From positions 1,054,001 through 1,118,000 of the forward strand of contig OZ251224.1 of NCBI GenBank assembly GCA_965240325.2: a DNA stretch of 64,000 nt, in the 5' to 3' direction. This stretch comes from Rebecca billardiae RCC1528 (Eukaryota; Protista; Haptophyta). Both the position numbers and the translations under genes were made by a program. The stretch's first letter is position 1. Each line of letters opens with the position of its first letter. Below are positions 44,163 to 57,527 of the stretch, in pieces. The notes under the pieces were generated by a model, which did not search any database, was not told where the DNA came from, and saw only the letters and a program-made list of their open reading frames with translations.

Positions 44163-46704
44163 ATGCCCATGACGACCGCGGCGGCACCCATGGCGAGCCC
44201 CACGCGCGTGGCGACGAGCAGCTTCGAGCGCGTGATCGACGAGCTCGTCGCGGAGTTCGAGACGCGTGCAACCGAGTACCTGCACGAGCTCGCCGTCGAG
44301 CTTCGCGGCGCCGGCGCCGCCAGCGCGCGCGCGCAGCAGCGCTTTGAGCACGCGCTGCAGATGGTGTCGAGCGCAGCCGTCGACATCTCGGCCTCGCCGC
44401 GCGTGCTGCGCGGCATCATCCAGTTCCACGAGCACGGGCTCGAGCTTCACGACGACTACGAGCTCACGGCCGCCCACGTCGTGCTGTGCATCGGCGCGAC
44501 GGCCGCGCTCGCGCCGGCGACAGCGACGGCGGGTGCGACGGCGCTCACGCGCGTGCGCGCCGAGCGCGAGCTGCGCGCGCTGCACACGCTCCTGTTCGCG
44601 CGGCTGGGCACGCTCATCGCCTCGTCGGCGGAGCTGCCGTGGCACCCCGTCGCGCACGCCGGCGCGCGCTCCGAGGCCTCGCTGTGGATCGAGCTCGTGC
44701 GCACTCTCTCCCACTTCCGCATGCGCGGCACCGCGGACGAGGTGCTCCGGCTGATCACGTCGCGCTGCCTCAAGGACGAGGCGGCGCGCGGCGCGGCGCG
44801 CGGCGCGGCGCAACACCACGCGCCGCCGGTCAGCGCGCGCGGCCTCGAGCTCCTCTGCGACGCCGTCGCCGCGCTGCGCCTCGACCCGTACGGCGACGCG
44901 CACCCGCCGCTCGTGCCGGGCGTGCGCGCGGACGGCGCTTCCACGCGCGGCGCGTCGGTCAAGACGATGCTCAACTTCGCCGAGCTGCTGCAGCGCAAGA
45001 AGCTGGGCGCGCTGAAGCACCCGCTCGCCGCCGCCGTCTCGCGCTCGCTCCTCGCGCTCGCCGCCGCCTCCGCCGGCGCGCAGCGCGGCACGCTCGCGGA
45101 CGCGCTCGCGGACGGCAGCTGGATCGGCGCGAGCGACTGGCGGCGCGCAATCAGCCAGCTTGTGGAGAAGAGCTGGGTGTGGCTCGAGAAGAAGAAGAAG
45201 AAGCACGGGGTGGTGGCGGCGCGGCTGCTCGCGTGCGCGCTCGCCGCCGCCGACGCCGAGCTCTTCTGGCGGCACTACGCGCGCGCCCTCGACCGGCTGA
45301 TTGCGGTCGCCGCCGACGCGGACGGTGCGCACGCGCGCGCCGCACTGCACGAGGCGCTGCGCGCGCTGCTCTCGCGCTTCCTGCGGCTGGTCGGGCCCGC
45401 GGCGCCGGAGCGCGTGCGCGCGGAGGTGTTCGCGCAGCTGCAGCGGCTCTGCGTCCACGTCGCCCTGCGCAACCACGCGCCCACCGCCGAGCTGCTCGGC
45501 GTAAAGCCCGCGGGCAAGGAGTCAGCGCTCGCGCCGCCGCCGCTCGCCGAGCGCGCGCCGCCGCCCGAGCCGCCGCCCGCGCTCGGCCTCGGCGGGACGG
45601 CGGCCTCGCCGGTGTTGACGACGCCGACGCGCGCCGAGCGCGGGCGCGGGCACGCCACGCCCGGCTCGACGCCGCCGCCCAGCCGCGCCGACGGCGGCGG
45701 CCCGCACGGCGCGCGCGCGCAGCCGAGCGCGCGCGCGCAGGCGCTCGCGCGCGAGCTGCGCGCGCGCGCGAGCATGCTCGTCGAGGTGGGCGAGGCCCGG
45801 CCGGACTTTTTCGCGCACGCGGTGGCGCTGCCGTGCCTGCACTCGAACCGCACGCCGCTGGACTGCTGCGCCGTGCTGCTCAGCGCGGTCGCGCAGCTGC
45901 TCGACGCCGACGCGCGGCGCGGGCGGCCCGCGCGCGCGGCCGCGGCCGGCGGCGCCGAGCGCGCGCCGCCGCCGTCGCTGCTGCGCGAGCCCGCGCCACT
46001 TGGCGTTGAGCAGCCGGCGAGTGGCGCGGTGGCGGAGGCCGCGGGGCCGGCGGGGCCGAGCGAGACGCCCGCCACGCGCGCCTCCGCCGCGCTCCGCGCC
46101 TGGCTCCCCGGCATCAGCACCGCGCTCGGGCTGCTGTGGCTGCGGCTCGGCCTCCCCGCAGACGGCGACGGTCACGGCGCGGCCGGCGCGCCGCCGCTGC
46201 TGCCGCCCAGCGTCGCGCTCACCGTCGTCGCGGGCGCGATGAGCGAGGGCGCGCCGCCGTCGCCGCGCTTCACGCTGGTGCTCGGCGGCACGCCCGCCTC
46301 GCACCGCGCGCCGCCGCCCTCCGCCGCGCCGGGCGTGCCCCCTGGCTCGGTGGAGGCGCAGCTGCTGTGCGCGCTCGTGCAGCTGTGCGGCCAGTGCTGG
46401 GCGGACGGCGTGGCGCGCAGCCTCGTGTGCCGCCTGCTGTGCGAGGCGGCGCTGTGCGAGCACGCCGCGCTGGCGCGCGCGGGCGCGGGCGCGCTGCGCG
46501 CGCGCCTCCGCGCGCCCGCCGCCGAGGCGGGCGGCGAGAGCGTGAGCGCCGCCATCGTGCTTGCACTCGCCGCGCTCGCTTCGGGCGCGGACGCGGACTG
46601 CGCGGACGACACGCGCGGCGCGGAGCGGCACGCGCGCGTGGTGTGCTGCCTGGCGCAGACGCTCGAGACGTGCGCGGCGCACGCGACGCCGCTCTTGCCG
46701 CGCG

Positions 46705-46736
<32 letters not shown>

Positions 46737-48259
46737 GCCCTCGCCGCCGTCGACGACGTGGGCGGCACGCGCGCCGCCGCCACCGCCGCGCTCCGCGCGC
46801 TGCTCCGGCTCGCTCGCGCGCACGCCGCGCCGCCCGGCGGCGGCGGCGGCGGCGGCGTGGCGGAGGGCGCGGGCGCGGAGGAGGCCGAGTGGGCGGATGA
46901 GAACTCGGCGGCGGCGCTCAACGCCGGCCCGCGTGTCGCCGCCCACGCGCTCGGGCTCGGGCTCTCGAGCGGCGCCAAGCCCGCGCCGCGCGAGGCGGCG
47001 GTGGGAGCCGCGCGGCCGCGCAGCGCGCTCGAGCTGTGTGCAGCCCCGCTGCTCGCGGCGCACGCGGCGGCGGAGCAGGCCGGGCACGCGGGCGTCGGCC
47101 GCGCGCACGCGGTGGCGCTCGCGCTCGCGCGCGCGTGCTCCCGGCTGCAGCGCCGCGCCGAGTCTGAAGGCGCAGAGCTGGGCGCCGCACCGGGCGGCGC
47201 GCCGGGCGCGCCGCATGGCGACGGCGGCGGCGCGGACGACGGCGCCGCGGCCGCGCACGAGCTGGGGGCCGAGGTGGCGCTGGCGCGCGAGTACTGCCGG
47301 CTGGCGAGCGCGCGGCTGGGCCGGCTGAGCCGCGGGCGCGCATTCGCCGAGATGGAGCCGGCCGCCGCCCACGCCGCGCCGGACGGCTCCGCCGCGGCCG
47401 AGGCGGCGGCGGCGGCGCTCGCCTCGCGCCGCGCCTCTCTGCTCGAGCGATGGGCTGGACGCGCCGAGGCGGTGTGCGCTCTCGGCCGCGTCGCGAGCGC
47501 GCTCGGCGGCGCGGAGGAGGAGGAGATGTGCGCCGCCGTGCGCAAGCTCCTGCTGCTCAGCTCGCGCCAGCCCGACACGCCGCTCTCGCCCCCGCCGCAC
47601 GCACCGCACCCGGCGCCGCCGCTGAGCGCGAGGCCGACCGCGCGCGCGCACGCGGGCGGCGCGCGCGCCGACGGCGCCGACGGCGCCGACGGCGTCAAGT
47701 CGCAGGCGCTCTGCCGGCGCGCGCGCGCGCTCGGCGCGCTGGGCTGCCTGCCCGCGTGCGCGCCGACCGCGCGCCTCGCGCTGCACGAGCTGCTCGCGCT
47801 GCTCGCCTCGTCCTCGAGCGGCCCGGCCACGCTGCCGGCTTCGGTCGCGGCGGTCGTCGCGCCCGCCGCCGCCGCGGGCCGCGGCGTCGGCGCCCTACTC
47901 ACGGCGGAGTGGGCGTTGGCCGGCAGCGCGCGCGGCGCGCGCCCGGCCGCGGGCCGGGCGCTCGAGGCGCTGGCGGTGCAGCGCGCCGCGCTCTGCCGGC
48001 TGGCCGAGGCGGTGGCGCACACGGTGTGCGCACTCGCGCTCGACGACGGCGGCGCGCCGCGCGAGGCGGGCGCGCCGCTCGGCGGGCCTGAGACTCGGGG
48101 GGTGGCACCGGCGGCGGTGGCGGCGGAGGAGGCGCCGTGGGCGCGCTCGCCGCTCGCGCGCGCGGTGTGCGCGCACGAGGACCTCGCCCTGCTCGCCGTG
48201 CGCGCGGCGGACGGCTGCATCCGCGTGCTGCGAGAACACGAGGCTGCGGCGCGCGCGGA

Positions 48260-48293
<34 letters not shown>

Positions 48294-50053
48294 GCCAGGG
48301 GCGGAGCGCCCGCCGAGCAGGGCGGCGCGGCCGCGCGCGAGCTGGGCAACTCGGCGCGCGCGGCGCTGTGCCGCGCGGTGCTCAGCCTGTGCGGCGCCGC
48401 GCTCGCCCCGCTCCTGCGCGCGTGCCGAGCCTTCGAGGCGCTGGGCGGCGCCGCGCGCCCGGCCGGCGCGTCGGCGGCGGACGCGTGGGCGGTCGCACCC
48501 GCCGCGCGCGACGCTGAGGCGCGGCGCGAGCTGGGCTGGCTGCTGGCGGAGCAATGGCCGCTGTTCTGGCTGGAGTGCACCGCGGGCGTGCGCGCGGCCG
48601 AGCACGGCGCGGCCGTGCCCGCCGGGACGGCGCCGCCCGCCGCGGCGCCGCACGGCGCGGAGGGCACTCACGCCGACACAGACGGCGCGGCCGAGCTGTG
48701 CGCAGGCTCGCCGTCGTGGCTGTGCGCGCCCACGCGCGCGCACGCGCTCGCGCACGCAACGCGCGCGATGAGCGCCCTCCTCGCCGAGGCGTCGTACTGG
48801 CCGTGGCCCGCCGCCGCGCGCGAGCACTCGGAGCCGATGCGGGTCGCTCTGGCGCTGTGCGGTGCGCGCACGGCGCGCGGCGCGCCCGAGCTGAGCGCGG
48901 CGGGCTCAGAGCTGCTTGCTGCGCTCGCCGCCGCGGCGCCCGTCCGCTTCGTCGAGCTGCTCAGCGAGCGCGCGTACGGCGAGGACGGCAGCGTCGCGGC
49001 CGCGTCGTACGCGGCGCTCGCGCGCGCGGTGCTCCGAGCGCTGAGGCACGTGCGCGCGCGCGCGGGGCCGCCCGAGCTCGGCTCGCCGCCCGCGCGCGCG
49101 CGACACAAGCTGCCCGCGCGGCGCAGCGTCGCGGGCGGCGCGAGCGCCGACGCGGCGGCCGGCGCGGCCGACGCCGGCGGCTCGCCCGCCCTCGGCGGCG
49201 GCGGCGGCGCGCGGTGCGGCGCGTGTGAGGACGAGGGCGCGGCCGAGCGCGGCGCGCGCTGGCGCCTCGTGCTGCTGCACGCGTCCGTGTGGGCGCTGGC
49301 GGACGGCGCGCACGCGACGCGCGCGCTCGCGGCGCGCGTGCTCGCGCACGCGACGCACGCGCCCGGCGCGGGCGGCACGCCGTCCTCGGAGGCGGAGCGC
49401 CGCGCGCTCTCGCTCGGCGTGGACACGGCGTGCGCGGACGCGCACGCGCGCGCGCAGCGCAGCGCCGTCGTGCTGCTCGTGAGGTCCGAGCCCGCGCTGG
49501 CGGACGCGCTCGCCGTCGAGGGGCTGAGGCGCGCGGCGCAGATGCCGCCGCGCGCGCAGCTCGCGAGGCGGCGCGACGCGATGCTGGACTCGGGGCAGCA
49601 CCCGCACGCCGCGCACGCCGGCGGGGCGGGCGCGCGCGGCGGCGCGCACGCGCCGCACGCCGCGGCCGCGGCCGCGGCCGAGGCGGCCGCGGCCGCGGGC
49701 TGCGGCTTTGCGCGCGTCGCGATCGAGGCGGCGGCGGCGGCGGCGGCGGCGGCGACGCCGCCCGGCCCGCCGAGCGCCGCGCTGCTCGGCGCGCTCGCGC
49801 TGCTGCCCGCGCGCGCGCTGCGCGCCTCCGGCCCGCAGCTCGCCGCGAGCGTGACGACGCGCGCGGGCGCCGCCTGGCACTCGCTGGGTGTGCGCGTGCG
49901 CTCGCACCCGCCCGCACTCGCCGCCCTCGCCCTGGCTGCGCTCTCGGCGCCGTGGCCGCGCGCGGCGCGCGGCGAGGCGGAGGGCGACGGTGGCGCGATG
50001 GAGATGGAGGGAGGCGCCGAGCTCACGTCCGGCGACTGCACCACCGACGACGA

Positions 50054-50087
<34 letters not shown>

Positions 50088-53000
50088 CGCGCGCGCCGCC
50101 CGAGCGGCGAGGCCGCGCGCCCACCGACGAGCGCGCGCGCCGCCCGCTCCGAAGGCGGCGCGCCGCGCGGCCTGGCGCACGGCGCGTGGCTCTCCGCCGC
50201 GGTGGCCGTGGCGCGCGCGGACGCGGGCGTGAGCGCGGACGCGCTCTGGGCGGCGCTCGCGCTCGGCGCGCACGCACCGCCTGCCCACGCGGCCGACGGC
50301 GCGCACGGCGGCGGCGCGGAGGCGCGCATCGCGTGCACGCTCGACGCGCTGCGCGCCGCGGACGCGGAGCGCCTCGCCGCGCGCGCGCACGGCGGCGCGG
50401 AGAGCGCGGGCGCGGCGATGGCGGCGGCCGTGGCGGAGGAGTGCGAGTGCTCGGCGCGTGCGCGCGAGGTGGGCGCCGCGCAGGCGGCCGTCCTGAGCGC
50501 GCCGCCGCTCGACGACTCCACGATGCAAGCGGTTGCGCACCTCGCGCGGCACGCGGGCGGCGCGCGCCGTGAGGGCACGCCGGGAGGCACACCGCGCGGC
50601 GCGCGCCTCGCGCGCGCGGACGCGATGCCGCCGCTCGCCGCCGCGGAGGCGGACCTGGGCGTGGGCGTCGAGCGCCTCCAGCTGGGATCCGAACGCGTTC
50701 ACGCTGCGGCGTCGGAGGCGGCGTCGGAGGCGGCGCTGGAGCTGTGGGCGTGTGCGGCCGAGGCGGCGCCCGCGCCGCCCGCGCTCGCGCCCGCGCCTGA
50801 CGGCGCAGCGCCCGGCGGAGCGGCAGCGCTCGAGCCTGCCGCCGAGACGGCGCGCGATGCTGGCCTGTCCGACGCGGCGTCCGCGCCCACGCCCGCCGCG
50901 GAGTCCGAGGAGCCGCCCTTCCCGCCGCCATCGCACGACCCGCCGCCGCCGCCGCCGCCGCACGCCCTCGGCACGCCGCCGCCACACTCGCCGCCGCCGC
51001 ACTCGCAATCGCAATCGCACTCGCAGTCGCAGTCGCAGTCGCCGCAGCCGCTGCTCTCGAGTGCGCTCGCGCACGTGACCACCTCGCGCCCGAGCGGGCG
51101 CAAGCGACAGCAAGCCGCGTCGTTCGCCTCGGCGGAGGCGGCGGTCGCCGCGGCGCGCAAGGCCGCGGAGGCGCGTCGCGCTTCGCCGCGCAGCAGCAGC
51201 AGCGCGACCGGTTCGGCCGAGCGGCGGCGCACGCCGCCGCCGTCCGCAGGGCGCGCCTCCGCGCTCACGCCGGATGCGTCGGCGCCGCTCGGCACGCCGC
51301 CGGCCTCTGTGCGGCCGCCGAGCGCGTCGCGCTCGAACCCCGCCGCGGCGGGGCACGCCCTCGGCACACCGCCCGTGCCGCGCTCGACGCCGGACGCGGC
51401 CGCCGCCGCCGCCGCCGCGGCCTCGGCGCCTGGCGACAGCGCTGAGGCGCGGACGGCGATGGGCGCGCGTGGCCGCAAGAGCTTCGGCGCGGCGCGGCGG
51501 CGCTCGCTGGAGACCGCCCTGCGCGCGCGCGCGGCGATGACGCCGCACGCCGCGGGCCCGGCCGCGCCGCCCCTCGCCACGGCGCGCTGGCTGCTGCCCG
51601 CGCCGATCGCCGCGCCGAGCGTGCCGGTCGTCTCGGCAGACACGCCGCTGCCGAGCAGGGCGCGCGCCCTGCGCGGCCTTGTGGGGGTTGTGAGTGCCGG
51701 CGGCGTGGGCTGGGCGGCGGCGAGGCCGGAGCTGGTGGCGCGCGCGCTGTGGGCGGCGCTCGAGCGCGCGCTCAGCGCGCGCTCCGCCGGCCACCGCGAG
51801 GACGCCGCCGCGTGCGCGGCCGAGGTGGCGGCCGCGCTCGCGCCGCTGGTCGGCGCGCCGGGCGCGCCCGCGGCGCACGCGGCTGCGGACGCGCACGCGC
51901 AGCTTGACGCCGCACGCGTGCGCGCGCGCGCGCGCGTGCTCGAGGCGGCGCGCGCGCACCGCGCGGCGCGTGCGGCGGAGGCGGGCACCGCCCCGCCCGC
52001 GCCCGAGCCGCTCGGCTGCGCGCACTGCGACGGCGGCGCCGCCCCCGACGAGGCGGCGGCGAGCGCTGCGCTGGCCGAGCTCCTCGACGCGTGCGCGGCC
52101 GTGCCGCGCGACGCGCTCGCCGAGGCGCTGGAGCACACGGCGGCGCAGGCGTGCTTCGCGGACGCGCTGAGCGCCGCGGACGGCGCGGCGGCACTCGACA
52201 CGCCCGAGACAGTCGCCGAGCCGCTCCACGCCGCCGCGCACGCCGAGGGCGCGGTGGCGCGCGCGGACGCGCGCTCGCGAGCGCACCACCTGCTGCTGCG
52301 CGCCGCCATGCGCGCTCGGCGCTCGGCCGAGGGCGCGGACGTGGGGCCTGGCGGAGCGGCGGAGGCGGCGGGCGCGGACGTCGTGGCGCTGCGACACGCG
52401 TTGCGCCGCGCCGCGCGCGTGCGCGCGCTCGTCGGCGCGGCGTGCGCGCTCGCGTGCCGCGCCGCGCCGCGCGCCGACGGCGCGCGCGGCGCGTGCGCGC
52501 GCTGGTGCGAGCTCGCGCTCGACACGGCGGCCGTGGCGCTGCGCGCCGGCGCCGGCGCGCCGTCGGCCGCGGTGCGTGACGCTCGGCTGCGCGCGGCCGC
52601 GTGCGCAGCCGAGCGCCGCGCGCGCGCGGACGCCGCGCGCACGTGCGCCGTGCTGCTGCACGCGCCGAGCGCGCGCACGGTGCGCGCGGCGTGCGACACC
52701 CTGGGCGCGGCGGTGCGGTGCGCGCTCCGCGCGCGCTGCGGCGCCGCCGCGGCGGCGGCGGAGGCGGAGGCGGAGGCGGAGGCTGAGCCCGCGCTGGCGT
52801 GGCTCCGAGCGCACGCGCGGCCCGTGCTCTGCCTCCTGCTGCGCGCGCACGCGCACGACGCGAGCTGCGCCGCGGCCGCGCGCGCGCTCGACGCGGCCTG
52901 GGCCGTGCTGCCGCCGCAGCTGCGCGCCGCGCCGCACGTGCACGCTGCCCTGCTGGCCGCGCGCGCGGGCTGCGGGCCGGCGGGCTCGGCGCACGGCGCG

Positions 53001-53708
53001 GGCGCGCCGTGCGGCGGCTGCGCACCCGAGCTCGCGGCGGGCGGCACGGGCGCGCTTGGCTGGCGCCCTTCGCCCGCGCTGCGCGCCTTCATCGAGCGCT
53101 GCGCCGCGGCGGTGCGCGCGGAGGCGGAGCGCGCGGCCGCGGGTGGCTTCATGCCTGCGCCTGCGGCCGACGCGCACGGCAGCGGGCTGGCGGCGCGCAT
53201 GCGCGCGCTCGAGCTGCTGGCGGGGCGGCATCACGCCGCCGAGCGCCTCGGCATGGGCGTCGACGGCACGATGGCCGGCTCCGACGCGCGCGAGTGGGCG
53301 CGCGCGCTCGTGATCGTCGGCGGCACCGAGGGCGTGGACGGCGCGCTCGCGCTCGCCGCGCGACTCGTGCGCCGCGTGCGCGCGCGCGCGGCCGCGCCGC
53401 CGGATGGCGGCGGCCCTGCGGCGCTGCTGTGCGAGCAGCTGCTCGGGCTGTGCGCCCACGCGCTCGCGAGCGTCGGCGAGGCGGAGGTGCGCGAGCAAAT
53501 CGCGCTGCGCGACCAGGGGCGTGAGCCGGCGGCGCAGCACGCGCACGGCGCACTCGCGCTGTGGCACACGATCCGCGCGCTGCCAGAGATGCCGTGCACG
53601 GCAGCGGACGGCGTCGGGCCGTGCGACGAGGCGGTGAGCGCGCTGCTGCCGGTGCTCATGGTCAGGCTGTCGATGGGCCTTGCGCCACCGCCGCCCGTCG
53701 GTAGCTGA
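44163..53708 (+). CDS. Giant Ala-rich HEAT/ARM-like protein; N-terminus resembles Furry/MOR2/TAO3 (MOR2-PAG1_N)
   Basis: 3181-aa ORF divergent from RPT2. The segment AVAALRLDPY...ASVKTMLNFAELL...LKHPLAAAVSRSLL...WRRAISQL...KKKHGVVAARLLACALAAADAELFWRHY follows the recalled MOR2-PAG1_N pattern. Cryptic in-frame introns cannot be excluded. Confidence 0.65.
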
Positions 53709-55214
53709 CGGGCCGGAATGAGCAGTAGTGAATGAATGATGCAGTGATGACGACGGTGCCATGTCGTCTGCCGGCCAGTGGCAGTGAATAGTGATGCTTA
53801 TTCATTGCTGCGATTATTACTATTCGAGTTTCGTTCGACGTGATGAGCCCGTAGTGGCGGCCCCGCGGCACGTCGTTGGCGCATCCTCTCACTAAGACGC
53901 TGAGCTGTTGCGAAAGTCGTTGCCAAGACATGCTGCTGCTACTTGCCGGGGTGTTTTACCCCAGTGACTCAGGGTCTTTACTCAGCCACACGCGTGCGCC
54001 GAGCCGCGGCGTGCTGAACCGCTGAACCACAGCAGCAACAGGCCCGCTGCCTTGGCTGCGTCGCGCCCGTGCCATGTGGCGACCCAGGCTAGTTGATAGA
54101 TAGATTAGACAGATGGTCTGCAATCGAAACCAGCCCTACACGCTCCGCCGCCACCACCTTGCTGTCGAGCTTGAGATGCTTCAGGTAAATCTGGTTGCGT
54201 GCGCTCCGGCATGCAGCCTGCCGCCTGCATCCTCGGCGTAGACTTCGACACCATGCGTGCCACGCGCACCCATGCCACGCGGGAAGGCGTGCACACGCGT
54301 CCTCGCGCATCTGGTACTCCAGCAGGCTGCAGCCTTGCCCAAGATGTGAGAAAAAGCCTGCCAGGGCCTCGCCGCGCGAGCGCGAGTGCGGGAGCGCGGA
54401 GAGTTCATGGACATGGGAGACGACCCCTGGTGCCTTGTTGGGGGACGCAACTCCTCCTCACGGCTGCGAGCAGCGACACCGGATCTAGATCGCCATACTC
54501 ATCACTCCTCGCTGAGTGCAGCGTGACCCTCGGAGGCGTGCGTCTCGGCTTCCGCGGAGCCTTTTGCGTCGGACCCCAACGTGAACGGGCGCATCAGGAT
54601 AACACCGATCCAAAGAAACACCGATCCCACGCGGGGCGGACGCTGGGATGCTCAGTACCGCTAATTAAACAACGCAGCATGTTCTCCATGTCCGCCTGAA
54701 GATTCCTTCGGCCGCGCTGAGACGCAATTACCGACGCTGTATGATAGGTGGTAGTACTCATTAGTGAGTACACCAAAGCTAGACATGGAACTTTTCGTCA
54801 TCAATTTCAATGCGATTTTCAAACCCAGCATAGTGATTACCATTCAGACACTTTACCGACCGGCGAACGGTTTGAACCCCGAACGGCGAGATGCCGAGAT
54901 TCAGCCAGAACTCTGACAAATGATAGCTCATTCATATTCCAAATCATACAAGCAGTCAAGCACATCTTACCTATCGTGGTAGTGATGACGACGAGATGTC
55001 ATCTTGCTGCGCGAATTCAACTTTCTGTTCATGAGAAGACCCGTTTTGTGTGACGGTGAAAGTAAAAGTCTTGCATGATCCGAGTAGTTCTGACCTATGC
55101 GGTTGCTGTGATTTCCGCCGATCGAAAACATTACGAACTGTACCCCCATAGTGAGACGACGGTACGCGTACATTTCACCCACGCACACACCCACCCCCGG
55201 CCCCCGCCGCCGGG

Positions 55215-55910
55215 ATGGCCAGGCGGGCGCCGGAAGCGCCGACAGGCACGAAGCCGCCGAGGATCAAGTGGACGCGGGAACTCCACGCCACGTTTGAAGA
55301 GGCCGTGAATGCTCTTGGTAGCTATGGGACTGCCCAGCCGGCGCAGATCCTCGAGCGGATGTGCGTACCAGGCTTGACGCGGACCCATGTGAAAAGCCAT
55401 CTGCAGAACTGCACTTCCAAACTCGCGAAGAACGAAGCGCTCGTCGCCACGGCCGCCGCCCCCGTGTACCCCTCCCCCGCTTTCGCCGCGGCGGCCAATT
55501 CGACCCACGTTGACGTTGGCCCACTTCCTGTCGGCCCGTGCTGTTCGAACTTTACCGACGCGCACGGGTGCGCGGCCGCTTCGCCGTGGACGGGCGTGCA
55601 TCCTCCTTCGGAGGCGCGGTGGTCTGAGCACACATACTGCTGCGGACCGGCCGCCGCCGCGGCCCCCGTGGACACGGGCTCGCAACCACAGCCGCAACCG
55701 CCTCTGCCGCCACAGCACATGAGCCAGCCAGCTCCGTCGTGGCAGGGCTACTACTGCCTGCCACAGTGCGCGCCAACGCATGATGGTGCAGCGCACCAGT
55801 CCTGGTCAGCGCGTGCTACTCCTCAGCAGCAGCTGCTGCCGTCGCCGCAGCAGCTGCAGCAGCCGCAACAGCAGCCATTGCCGCTTCCGCAGTACACCAA
55901 CAACAGCAAT

Positions 55911-55954
<44 letters not shown>

Positions 55955-56423
55955 CTACCACTACTATGGACAGCAGCACAGCTGCTGGGTGTCGCACAGC
56001 GTCCACGGAGTGGGCATCCAGCCAGCGCAGCACGCTGGCAGCACTGGCGGCGGCGCGGCCGAGCACATGGCCGGCGGCTTCCCGCTGCCGCAGCTCACGC
56101 TTTTCCCGGGCGTGGGATCACAGGGATGTGGCTTGCCGGGCAGCCTCGACGGCCACGGTAGTGCCCGCCACGATTTCGACAACGACTCCTGGGAGGAGCA
56201 GGTCATGTTGATGTTTGGCGAGCAGGAGCGCCTGCAAGCTGAGCTCTCGCGCGTGATTGGCGAGTGCATCAATGCGGTGCGCGTGCGCAAGGCGGCAGGA
56301 ACGCTCGAGGTGACGAAGGACGTGCGCACAGCCTCCACGAACATGCAGTTCGCCCTGCGTCTCCTGGTCAAGAAGTACGAGCAGCTCGTCTCTGTGCTCG
56401 AGGCGGATGACCCGGCCTGCTGA
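55215..56423 (+). CDS. GARP/G2-like (SHAQKYF-class) single-repeat MYB transcription factor
   Basis: KPPRIKWTRELHATFEEAVNALGSYGTAQPAQILERMCVPGLTRTHVKSHLQN, then a Q/P-rich region and a C-terminal helical segment. Confidence 0.85.
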
Positions 56424-57144
56424 CAGTGTCAGTCAGTGCCGTGAGTGGCCGGCGCAGAGCAGTGAGTCCTACATAGCTACAGTTCTGACTGCTGTACCAG
56501 TACCCGCAGCCGCCAACTCGCCGCTGGCAGTCTAATTAACCATGCATCAACCCTGGCATAGCAGTGTGAACTCCTTCGTCGCCAGCGAATCTGATCGATC
56601 GCACCCGGAGCCGCTGGCGGGCCGGAGCCCGTGACGGTGATTATTATATTATTTAATAATACAGGGGCGGAAATCATTACCGGTTACAGGGCCGGTCCGC
56701 CGGCCGCGGGACTGCTGGTCTGCTGGCGCAGGCTGCCGCGCCGGACCAGTTACCGGAATACACAGTCAACACTGTAAATTCTAGTGCCTGTGGCTAGCGT
56801 GTGTCGTCAGCCTGATTCTCAGACTGAGTGCTGGCCTCATGATCCTAGCTAGAGTCTGCTGCTTAATATCTTGCTGTCTATCTACCGTAGTAGCTTAGTA
56901 GATAGGTAGTATAGGTACACTCAGTTGGTGCAGTGTATTGGAACAAGAGGCGCACATCTAGCTCAGGACACCCCATAGCTTACATCGGTGAGATTCGTCG
57001 GGCATTTTATATTACTACGACATCCTCATCAGCGCGATTATAAATGTTAAACGAGTGTCGTAGTAATCGTTATTAAGTTCCGCGCATTACTGAATTTAAA
57101 TGGAAGACGGGCTTAATTCATCAGGCGGCCTCTCACAGGCCTCT

Positions 57145-57175
57145 CATCTCTCTCTCTCATCTGCGCGCTCTCTCT

Positions 57176-57229
<54 letters not shown>

Positions 57230-57263
57230 CTCTCTCTCTCTCTCTCTCTCGTCTGTTCTCTCT
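57145..57263. repeat. (CT)n microsatellite, imperfect
   Basis: A long CTCTCT tract is directly visible. Confidence 0.95.
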
Positions 57264-57527
57264 CGTCATCAGTTTCATTATTATTGTATCAGCCGTCTGT
57301 GTCTCCGCGACGTAGTCTCTCCGTATGTCTCACTGTCTATCTCGGTTTGTCTGTCCGTGCTCATGTCTCATCCGTCTCTCCGTCTCGCTCCTTATACGAC
57401 AAGTTTTTATTCTCAGATATCTATCTATCGATCGATCGATCTGTTATGCCGTGATGATATTTTGCGCGCGCGCGCGCGTGCATGCACAAAGTGACAAAGC
57501 TTATGCCTTATCGTCGTCAAGTTGCCG

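Noticed and set aside
45275-53762. Multiple long minus-strand ORFs (up to 1618 aa)
   Set aside because: Antisense shadows of the Ala-rich plus-strand CDS in stop-poor, high-GC DNA.
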